Below, piece by piece: positions 12,314-23,206 of a stretch of DNA of 45,201 nt (its first letter is position 1; every line of letters starts with the position of its first letter). The stretch spans positions 1 to 45,201 of the forward strand of contig JAUCBJ010001920.1 of assembly GCA_032718475.1 (NCBI GenBank). The letters run 5' to 3'. The notes under the pieces are model-generated. The model was not told the origin of the DNA. It did not search any database and saw only the letters and a program-made list of their open reading frames with translations. The position numbers were made by a program, and so were the translations under genes. The DNA is from Nemertoderma westbladi. Lineage: Eukaryota; Animalia; Xenacoelomorpha.

Positions 12314-13140
12314 ACAGCCCAAAATCAATTGTTCAATAAAAAAAAACATAGTATTACAAACTTTAATACTGTACATACCTCGGTACATATCAAAGTTGTT
12401 CTTTGGCAATCAACATTTTCCCGTAAATATTTAATCCGTTAAATATTGATAACAACAAATTGAATTACATTACTTAGATATTATTGTGGAACTTCGTCAA
12501 CCACGTGGAGCTTAGCGTGTGCCTACATTGAAAGTTTTATCAACAATTTTGTGACAAGAGGTAGTAAGTCGTGCGACTTGCGCATGACTTTAGTAAGTCT
12601 TGTAATAGGGGAATTGTTAGTTCCCAAGGTAAACATTATGTACCTATCAAGCCACTATATACTGATCTATCTATCTATCTACTGACTTAGGTAGTAACCA
12701 GTATAGGCTATCCTTGGAATAGTCTCCACCTACGTATGTACAGTATATCAGTCCCGCATAACACTGTATGAAACATAACCCTAACAATTTCCCCCTACAA
12801 AATAATTCGTATAAAACATTCAATATGAATCTTTTAGTATATGTTCAGCCTTATTATAGTCTCCTATTCCCATATTAATATACATAATAGTTTGGTTTCT
12901 TAGGAGCCCATTGTGGGTATCTCGTTGGATGTTCGTTGGAGAGTTGTTCATCCTGGTTATGTACCGTAGGTGATGGCGGGTTGTTTGCAGGGCATTACAA
13001 AGCTCTCGACCCGTTCTTGTGTTTGTTCGAAGGTACAATCCAGTAAGCAACCGAGGGTGGACTCTCTATAGCCGAGGGGCACTTGTATAATAAGTAATAA
13101 TCACGAACCCCGTCCTCTTGTAATATACACCTAACTCTGC

Positions 13141-13449
<309 letters not shown>

Positions 13450-14394
13450 TATCCAACTGGCAGTTGTGCTAACATTTGGCTATCAAAAATGGCAGTTGTG
13501 GTGACAAAAAAATAGTGGTAACAAGTTGAGCTGACATTTGATCAGGAACATGTGTCCGACGTTTTGATCGGTTCCCCATGTCCTCTTTGTAATGTTAGCA
13601 CAAGTGCCACTTTGCAATACCTGAAATGTGAGGGAAAAAAATCGTGTATCCCTTTAGCGTCCTCTTCTTGAACATTCAAAAATCATTGACTAGAGTTCTG
13701 CTAACATGTAATACTGTAGTTGTGCTAACATCAAACAAATGACACCATCAATATTGATTAAAATTATCTCATGGAATTTATAACACGAGTTGTAGGAACA
13801 TTAATTGTTTACATGGAGTGAACGGCGATGCCATTGTTAGAGAAGGCAATATATCGAGCTTGAAGGCGAATATATGTCTGCTGGCCAGACAGTAGTGTAG
13901 CTAATGCAATGGATGGGGCAGCCGGACTACGGCGATATTGATTTGTGATGTAAATAGGAAGGCCCCTTGCACCACAAATTCGGGTTCATAATAATTCGGG
14001 GTAATGTAAATTTATCTGTGAATATGAAGCACTACTGGAGGCAATATTAAGGGTACTCTTTCACTTGCTTCCTTCTCTTGTTTTACGTACAAGGCAAGGG
14101 GGACTGGACTCCACACTAACTCCCACGGATGAACACAGTGGATGATCTCATATACATATGATCTCATATATATTGTGCTGTGCGAGGGCCGTATTTCGAT
14201 TTTGAATTAATTTTTCGCATTACAAACAAGATTTATTAATCCTTAATAAAACCAAATAATTTGATGACCATATAGGTTTTTTGGGATGCTGATCACGAAC
14301 ATGACACTCAAAAATATCGTTATTACAGTATCCAACCAAAATTTCGAAGAAATCGAATTTTGGCGTTTGAAATTTTACGCTAACTTGTATTTTT

Positions 14395-14731
14395 CGTCCC
14401 ACCAGACAAGCACCAAAAATGATTGTTGCGTTACCACAAATTATTTTTAACGAGTTGTATCGTGATCAGCGACCTTGAAAATCGGTACAGCTTCAGAATT
14501 ACCAAACCCAAGGCAAAATTTAACAGTTTATAATTTTGTGCTATTTGTACTTTTCGTTCTGGGGCACCAGAATGGCACGAAAAATGGGTTTGCTTTACCA
14601 GAAATATTTGTAACTAGTTTCATCGTGATCAGCGACATCGAAAACCCGTATACCTTCAGAATTATCAAACCAAACCCAACATTTTTTAGTTTGACATTTT
14701 TTTACTTATAATATTTTGAGTTTGCAGCTAT
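14395..14731 (+). repeat. Dispersed repeat copy 1 (unclassified DNA-element end)
   Basis: CGTCCCACCAGACAAGCA...GAGTTTGCAGCTA is repeated in direct orientation at 16933-17312. Confidence 0.85.
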
Positions 14732-15208
14732 TAGTATATAGAGTAGTAGTGTAGTATAATCTTTTAACGCTTTTTTATATTTTATTTTACGCTTTTGCAT
14801 ATATCAAGCAATGAGGCGAATGTATGTACGGGAAATACAGCACATAATGCGATGAATGGAAAAACGGCAGGCGGTGATATGAGTCGCGTTGTTAATGTGA
14901 ACCTCCACCCACACACTTATCAGGAGTTCGCCGAATATATAAGAAATATTTAATTACAATTTTAACTAATTATATAATCTCGATTACTGAAAAACAAGTT
15001 AAGTGTTTCAAAACAGAAAGACAAGGGTTGCACTATACTGTATGAATGGAAATATCCGGGCCCAGTTGTACTAGAGTCTCAACATCTAATTGTTATAGTG
15101 TAGTAGTTAGTAATATATTATTGTTATTACCATTATACTCAAAAATAATCTGACAGGCAACTATTTTACCAAAAATAAACGCCCTTGTGATCCAATTAAT
15201 ATGAAACA

Positions 15209-15593
15209 CGATTTTCCAATGGACTATATAACGGCACTTAACTCATTATATAACGACTTTTCTACTGGCTATATAACGATATTCCAACGGACTATATAAC
15301 GGCACTTAACTCATTATATAACGACTTTCCTACTGGCTATATAACGATATTCCAACGGACTATATAACGGCACGTAACTCATTATAAAACGACTTTCCTA
15401 CTGGTTATATAACGATATTCCAACGGACTATATAACGGCACGTAACTCATTATAAAACGACTTTCCTTACTGGCTATATAACGATATTCCAACGGACTAT
15501 ATAACGGCATTTAACTCATTATATAACGACTTTCCTACTGGCTATATAACGATATTCCAACGGGCTATATAACGGCACTTAACTCATTATATC
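15209..15593. repeat. 68-bp minisatellite, ~5.5 copies
   Basis: Unit ATTCCAACGGACTATATAACGGCACTTAACTCATTATATAACGACTTTCCTACTGGCTATATAACGAT, with three TATATAACG subunits per unit. Confidence 0.95.
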
Positions 15594-15607
15594 ATTACAT
15601 TGCATTA

Positions 15608-16482
15608 CGTTGCTCATTGTTGCTCGTTCTTGTACTTTATTATTGCTTGTTATTGTTCATTGTTGCTCGTTGTTGTTCGTTGTTGCTCATTGTTGCTCAT
15701 TGTTGCTCGTTCTTGTACTTTATTATTGCTTGTTGTTGCTCATTGTTGCTCGTAGTTGTTCGTTGTTGCTCATTGTTGCTCGTTCTTGTACTTTATTATT
15801 GCTTGTTATTGCTCATTGTTGCTCGTTGTTTCTCATTGTTGTTCGTTGTTGCTCATTGTTGTTCGTTGTTGCTCATTGTTGCTCGTTCTTGTACTTTATT
15901 ATTGCTTGTTATTGCTCATTGTTGCTCGTAGTTGCTCATTGTTGTTCGTTGTTGCTCATTGTTGTTCGTTGTTGCTCATTGTTGCTCGTTCTTGTACTTT
16001 ATTATTGCTTCTTGTTGCTCGTTGTTGCTCATTGTTGTTCGTTCTTGTACTTTATTATTGCTTGTTATTGCTCATTGTTGCTCGTTGTTGCTCATTGTTG
16101 TTCGTTGTTGCTCATTGTTGTTCGTTGTTGCTCATTGTTGCTCGTTCTTGTACTTTATTATTGCTTGTTATTGCTCATTGTTGCTCGTAGTTGTTCGTTG
16201 TTGCTCATTGTTGCTCGTTCTTATACTTTATTATTGCTTGTTATTGCTCATTGCTGCTCATTGTTGCTCATTGTTGCTCGCTGTTGCTCATTGTTGTTCG
16301 TTGTTGCTCATTGTTGCTCGTTCTTGTACTTTATTATTGCTTGTTATTGCTCATTGTTGCTCGTAGTTGTTCGTTGTTGCTCATTGTTGCTCGTTCTTGT
16401 ACTTTATTATTGCTTGTTATTGCTCATTGCTGCTCATTGTTGCTCATTGTTGCTCGCTGTTGCTCATTGTTGCTCGTTGTGC
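15608..16482. repeat. Compound (TTG/CTC)-rich low-complexity tandem repeat
   Basis: 11-bp TTGTTGCTCRT-type units interleaved with TTCTTGTACTTTATTATTGCTTGTTA blocks. Confidence 0.95.
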
Positions 16483-16932
16483 ATTTTAGCACCTACCAAC
16501 TATGGGAACAGCTACGGATATAATTACGCGTGATATTTATAATTTACCTGGAGGTATCAGTCCCCCGCTGCTGCTACCACCTAAAATACAATAAATAGTA
16601 ATTCTATAAATTAAATAGAAGAGCACGAACTCTTGTTCTCTTAATCAGCCTAATATTTAGCCTTATTCGTATTTCAGATTTGCCAGGAATGGCTATGGCT
16701 AATTAATTAGCTGCGAAGGATAAATAGAACTTCGCAATGTGAGAAAGTCAATTTCAGAATTTTCAGTCAGAAAGGCATAACGTGTCATCTGATAACCATC
16801 ATCTGATAAAACATCACTTAATTCAATATCAATATCGGAAAATGTTTTTCCCTTATGGACTCCTATTTTACCTTTACCAATAGCAATTAATACTTTCGAT
16901 ACCTGGGATATTTCTAGTATCCGTATTTATCC

Positions 16933-17312
16933 GTCCCACCAGACAAGCAGCAAAAATGATAGTTGCGTTAGCACGAATGATTTTTTACGAGTTATATCGT
17001 AGTAATCAGCGACTTTGAAAACCAGTATAGATATTTATAACCAAAGTTAAAATTTAACACTTTATAATTTTGTGCTACTTGTAGTTTTCGTTTTGGGGCA
17101 CTTGAATGGCACCAAAATGGGATTTGCACATGCACATACCAGAAATATTTATAACCTTTTTTTATAATCTTTATTTATAACATTTTATAACAATTTATAT
17201 TGTCATCCTGTTCAGCGACATCGAAAACCCGTATACCTTCAGAATTATCAAACCAAACACAAAATTTTTCAGTTTGACATTTTTTACTTATAATATTTTG
17301 AGTTTGCAGCTA
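16933..17312 (+). repeat. Dispersed repeat copy 2
   Basis: Diverged direct copy of 14395-14731 with a small AT-rich insertion. Confidence 0.85.
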
Positions 17313-17659
17313 TATATATATATTTAGAGATGCTAAATATAGAGTAGACTCAAACTTTTTGGACAAAAATAAAAAAATTGACAGTGGAAAATGTCAAAAT
17401 TGAGAAATTGTGAAAAATCTTGTTTTATATACAGAATCATGAATATCAGATAATGGTCCCCTTAATATTAGAAATCAATTTTAACAATGACGAGCCTTGG
17501 AAAAGCTAAAACAAAGAAAACTTGCGATTCTTTGCCTGCCTCTTATGGTGGAATTTCACAAGATGGGTACGATGCAGTGGGTGAAACAAATTGACGGAAG
17601 CCATTTCAATAATTAGAAAACCGTGACAGACATCATGGTCATTTATAATGGTGGTATAT

Positions 17660-17887
17660 GACTTCACTTGACTTTACAACACTTTTTATCAATTTAAATT
17701 ATTTGACTTGATATCACTTGGTTTTATGACACTTGACTTGACATCATTGGACTCGACATCACTTCATAATTAATGCCTTGATTGACATCACGTGACTTGA
17801 TAGTAGTTTGACTTGGCGCCATACGACTTGACATACTGACTTGACATCACTTGACTTGACAAACTTGACTTGACTTGATAATACTTG
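17660..17887. repeat. Degenerate (ACTTG/ACATC)n simple repeat
   Basis: Repeated GACTTGACATCACTT units. Confidence 0.85.
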
Positions 17888-18237
17888 TTATATTATCAGC
17901 CTGATTTGTTGATACATCTCGTTTCCTGCTTGTTTTATCCTCTATGCAAATTTAGGATGTAGGCCTACCTTGTAGACATTTCCTGTTTCGAGATATTATT
18001 AAAATTTGACTCAAAAATCTTTGAAATTCTCATTACAGTAGTACGGCAATTCAATTACTTTAAGTAGAGGACATATTACATTTCGTTTACTCCTCCTGCG
18101 TCCTCCTCCTTTACTCTTTGCTCCAGGGAAAAAGCCATAAAATAATATTTTGTTTTATAATTTATTCAACATTTGTCTTACACGTGAAACTTACAGGAAG
18201 TTTCCATCATATTTATAATATACTCTATCAAATTCAA

Positions 18238-18608
18238 ATACTTACCAGAACAGGCAATAGATATTTAAATACTTGCCAAAACAGGCAAGGTGTATTTATA
18301 TACTTGCCAAAACAGGCAAGGTGTATTTATATACTTGCCAAAACAGGCAAGGCACATTTACATACTTGCCAAAACAGGCAAGGTATATATATATACTAGC
18401 AAAAACAGGCAAGGTGTATTTATATACTTGCCAAAACAGGCAAGGTGTATTCACATACTTGCCAAAACAGGCAAGGTATATTTATATACTTGCCAAAACA
18501 GGCAAGGTATATTTATATACTTGCCAAAACAGGCAAGGCATACTTACATACTTGCCAAAACAGGCAAGGTATATTTATATACTTGCCAAAACAGGCAAGG
18601 TATATATA
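18238..18608. repeat. 31-bp minisatellite, ~12 copies
   Basis: Unit ATACTTGCCAAAACAGGCAAGGTGTATTTAT with internal dyad CTTGCC-n6-GGCAAG. Units are head-to-tail with no spacers. Confidence 0.95.
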
Positions 18609-19753
18609 TTCAGCCAAATGGAGAAGTCTTGGTTTCGTACCGTAGACTGTTATAGTCTTCGTGGTTGGAACCTCTCTGCATCGTATTAAATTGAATTAAG
18701 ATAGTTTATTATTTTGTAAGTAATATTGTGGTTTATGATTAATTTGACTGTTGACCGTTAGTTACGTAATATAGTGTTTATTGAAGTTTATTTATAGTTA
18801 AGTTTTACGCATACGGGATCCCGAGAGTGATAATCCCGGTCCCGATGCCGGAAATCCCGCAAATTTGCGCTAACCAAATTACCCGAGTAAGACAGTAAGA
18901 GTAGGACACGAGTCCAGTTTGCCCCTATCCGAGGCGCATCCCATTGCGTTCGTGGGTCACGCATTAAAATGGAGAAGTGGGCTTGGACTGGAAGATGGTG
19001 CTGGGCTGCCATAAGGCCAGACAGGATAGGAACGTCATATGCAGCAACCAGCTAATTAATCTACATCGCCTCTTCTGTACTTAACTCTATTTTATAATTT
19101 TTAACTGCTATTTGTGCTGTGTGGTGGGTTTCTCTATAGTTCTCTACCTATTAATTATCAGTAAATGTTTGTCTCTATACTTTTAATTAATAGGGTACTA
19201 TACCATTAATAGTGCCGGTGTGTCGATTTTTGTATTAAATGTTCCAGAATTTTTAGCCCCACCCATGAAACTTTCTACTTTTTTATATTTTATTCATCAA
19301 GACATGATTGGAGCATAAAATAGTTTTCATGTATTGGGTAACATCCTTTGTTAAGGGTAATAATATTTAGTATTAAATAAATAATTAAATAGCATTTATA
19401 TTAAAACCACCCATTTGCCCGAGTAAACAATCTAATTAAACTTATAACATTATTATTACTAATGAGGTGTATTCTTAGAAGTATACTATATTACAGAAAG
19501 GTGAAAGTTCTTCCTAATAAAATTACAGTTTATTAAATATAAGAAATAATTGTATATTATTATTAAGAATTCAGTGCATTAAGCGATATCGAAAGGGGTA
19601 CATAGATTACACTTTGATTGCCTATTCCTATATGAGACTGTGTGAGACTTGATTTGATTTTGTTGGACTATATGCATGCAATATAAGCAGCCAGAAATTT
19701 GTATAGCAAATTATATTTATATTATATTTAATATATTTTAAGCAATATGCTCT

Positions 19754-20779
19754 TTAGGGCGGTGCGTTTTTTACTTTTTTTCAATTTCATTTTTCTACCG
19801 GTGCACAAAAGTTGCCAAATGGCAAAAAAAATTTCTTTAAATTTCGTCTATATCTTCATGGATCCCAAGAAGGTTGAAATTTTGTGCCATCGCGATGCAC
19901 CATAATGAAATGTATAACAACATAACACATTGATGAAAGATCAATGACTCAAAAAAGAACTTCCTGCATGCATCAAATGTCATGAAATGGGTCCAGACTT
20001 AGTTAGATACCAAAATTTTAATTTTTGGATCAAGGGAAGTAGTGCCACAGGCACATGACCAGAACCTACTCTTTGGCGCAAGTGATGATTATTCTCAATT
20101 TTGGTGATGGACAACTTTTAGATCTCCTACGGCATTATTATTATGCTCATTAGAACCGCAATGACCGATTTAGTGGGGGTAGACACCATCAAAATAAGCA
20201 TAGAGCGAATTTGATTCCTTGAGATAATTCAAAATATCATTTATTGTGTATTTGTCCATATCACATCAAGGAGGTATGTAGACTTGTGCCGTACTTCACA
20301 TTTTCTGCGATATCTCAAGAACTATTCGCTCTATGCTTATTTTGATGGTGTCTACCCCCACTAAATCGGCAATTGCGGTTCTAATGAGCATAATATGAAA
20401 TCAAAGTTGGCCATCGCGAAAATTGAGAATAATCATCACTTGCGCCAAATGGTAGGTCCTGGCCATGTGCCTGTGGCACTAGTTCCCTTGACCCAAAAGT
20501 TAAAATTTTGGTATCTAACTAAGTTTGGACCCATTTCATGACATTTGATGCATGCAGGAAGTTCTTTTTTGAGTCATTGATCTTTCATCAATGTGTTATG
20601 TTGTTATACATTTCATTATGGTGCATCGCGATGGCACAAAATTTCAACCCTCTTGGGATCCATGAAGACATAGACGAAATTTAAAGAATTTTTTTTGCCT
20701 TATTTTTTTACCATTTGGCAACTTTTGTGCACCGGTAGAACAATGAAATCGATAAAAAGTAAAAAACGCACCTCCCTAA
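19754..20779. mobile_element. Foldback non-autonomous DNA transposon (~470-bp TIRs, ~85-bp spacer)
   Basis: TTAGGGCGGTGCGTTTTTTAC...GTAAAAAACGCACCTCCCTAA with near-perfect inverted arms 19754-20226 / 20311-20779, flanked by GCTCT on both sides. Confidence 0.9.
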
Positions 20780-20921
20780 GCTCTTATGTCTATCACAACA
20801 TTACAATCGTCATGTTTACGAATATGGCAACGAAATTCTCGAGAACCTACTCAAACTATTATTAAATTTTAAGAAAATAAGTGTAGCCCTTTGTGTACCA
20901 AAGATAAAGATTATAAACTTA

Positions 20922-21380
20922 TCCTACCCTCAAAGGCGGCACCATGCCGCCTTTAACCATTTTCGAAATTTATAAATCTTTCATTTGAACTCCGGGGGGC
21001 ACACTGCAGCCTTAATCATTTGTAACATAATTATTGGCTAAATTTAAATTAAATTGCATAAACTATGTAATTTAAAATTAATCAAACCAACAGGAATCCC
21101 TTCAAGCAATAAATTAATTTTTCTAGACCAGTTTTTCCTGCACGACACGAATATGAACTCCATTTATCCGCCCCAATAGTTATAAGAAAGTTATAAGAGG
21201 TTTTTATAAAGAGGCGGCACCCTGTCGCCATGGGAGTCAGGATAATATATGTAAAGGCGGCACTCTGCCGCCATGAGGGTTAGGTTATAATTATATAAAG
21301 GCGAAACACTGCTACCCTGGGGATCAGGATAATATTATATATATGTAAAGGTGGCACTTTGCTGCCATGGGGGTTAAGTT
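20922..21380. mobile_element. Degenerate piggyBac-like MITE
   Basis: CCTACCCTCAAAGGCGGCACCATGCCGCC is inverted at ~21255-21284. The GGCGGCA-n-TGCCGCC dyad is repeated, and the right end is GGGGGTTAA. Confidence 0.4.
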
Positions 21381-22698
21381 ATAATTACAGTATTTAAAGG
21401 CGGCAGTATGAGCATTTTCATGAATTATGAACATGAGTACGTGTCGTGACAATACGTGTGATGAACTCGTACCGTGTTGGTACGCAAAGTGTTAAAGGCA
21501 AATAGGTCTATGATACAGTTGCTGAAGTTAATGACGTTGTAGCAGGACGATATAGCTGGTTTTCTGCTCTTGTATCTGGGTCAGTACAAAACGAAGACCA
21601 AGGACTTACAAAACTAAGAGGTAAAGTAGCGTTAGGTCCCAAAGAGCGTTAGGTCTCATTGGCATTTAAAGGATCAGGTTAGTAAAGGAGCAGGTTACAT
21701 AGTCATAGTTGGGGGAACCAAAACAATAAACGAAAGTTATCACATGTGTTTCGTACAGGTCTTAAGTTTTTGGGTCTTGTGTATTTGTTTTGTACTCACC
21801 CTTTTGTATTTATTATTGCACGCTTGTAGCAAATTATTATTGCCAATCTGTTGTTCTATGTACTAATACCGTTGTGGACACCCAAGAGTCTATAGATCGG
21901 ATTAGAGACCAAGTTTATTTTGCAAATTTTTTGACAATAATGCATTACGTGCTACGAGATGGGGGAGGCATGATTATACGAGATAGGGTGTTAAAAGATT
22001 GGATATTACGATATGGAATAAAACGAAATATTACAATAATCCTTTTCTTCTATTTCGTGAAGCAATGATTCAAATTTCGCGATCGATTCAAATCTCGCGA
22101 TTCAAATTGCGAGTTAGTAAAGGAGCAGGTTAGCAAAGGAGCAGGTTTCAGAGGAGTATTGGGGGAACCAAAACAATAAACGTTATTGTTTCGCAGGCTA
22201 AGAATACCCACTGGCTAGGAATACTCGCATGCTAAGAATTCCTGAGACCGTACATTTACAAAGAAATTGAGCCTGGAAATTGCTTTATCGACCACCTTAT
22301 AATAAAAATATAATAAAAATAATTTCCCATTCATCATTCATATAATTTGTTCAACAACTTATACAATTAAAAATTTGTGATATTCGATGTTTCATTGAAA
22401 GCACTATAATATAACATCGCGATCTTAAATGTTCAATTTGTCATTCCCCTCAATTATACACGATATATGATGTTTCCGGACACCAAGTTGTGCCTACAAT
22501 CAAAGAAACTTAATATCAATAAATAACCAAAGACGAAAAAGCAATATCACACTCCCTCACATTACCCTCACATTATACACCACACCCCCTAGTGGTAGCA
22601 CAGGAATTGATGTCACCACAATTTTCAAATAATCAGTCCCACTGAAAGGGCACAACTCTGAACAAATAGTGCGTCGGCACAACTAGAAATCGGCTATC

Positions 22699-22699
<1 letters not shown>

Positions 22700-22777
<78 letters not shown>
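22700..22777. repeat. (GA)n microsatellite
   Basis: Directly visible. Confidence 0.98.
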
Positions 22778-22779
<2 letters not shown>

Positions 22780-23206
22780 ATTTGCATGGTGCATGGAGCC
22801 CTACTGTTACCTCCCAGTGCCAGACTAGCCCTCTGGCTACCCATTCGGATTCACAACAAGCCCTCCAGTGACATTAGGCCCTACGGTTACAGGTAATGAT
22901 AGGGCGCAAGCCCTATGGTACCTATTATGGCCCTATAGCTACTTGTGATATTTATAGCTTTTCATTGGCTGTTAGTTCTATTATTGGTGTACTTATACTA
23001 TATATTCAGACCATGCTGCTGCTCATTGTAGTTATGTATTTGTTAAAGTATTTGTAATGTTTTTGCATTTTTGTACTTAATCGAGTATTAATTATGTTTT
23101 GTATTTAGACATTTATCCAATTACAATACAATACCGGTACAAGTTACAATGTTCTATTACTGCACCTGTACTTATCTCCCTAGCTTGCTAACCACTAGGC
23201 TAATTA

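Noticed and set aside
15610-16533. Leu/Val/Cys-rich ORFs up to 307 aa
   Set aside because: Artefacts of a stop-poor low-complexity repeat, open in all three plus-strand frames.
18118-18689. ORFs and palindromic 31-bp repeats resembling CRISPR repeats
   Set aside because: Units are contiguous without spacers, so this is a minisatellite. The ORFs are its translations.
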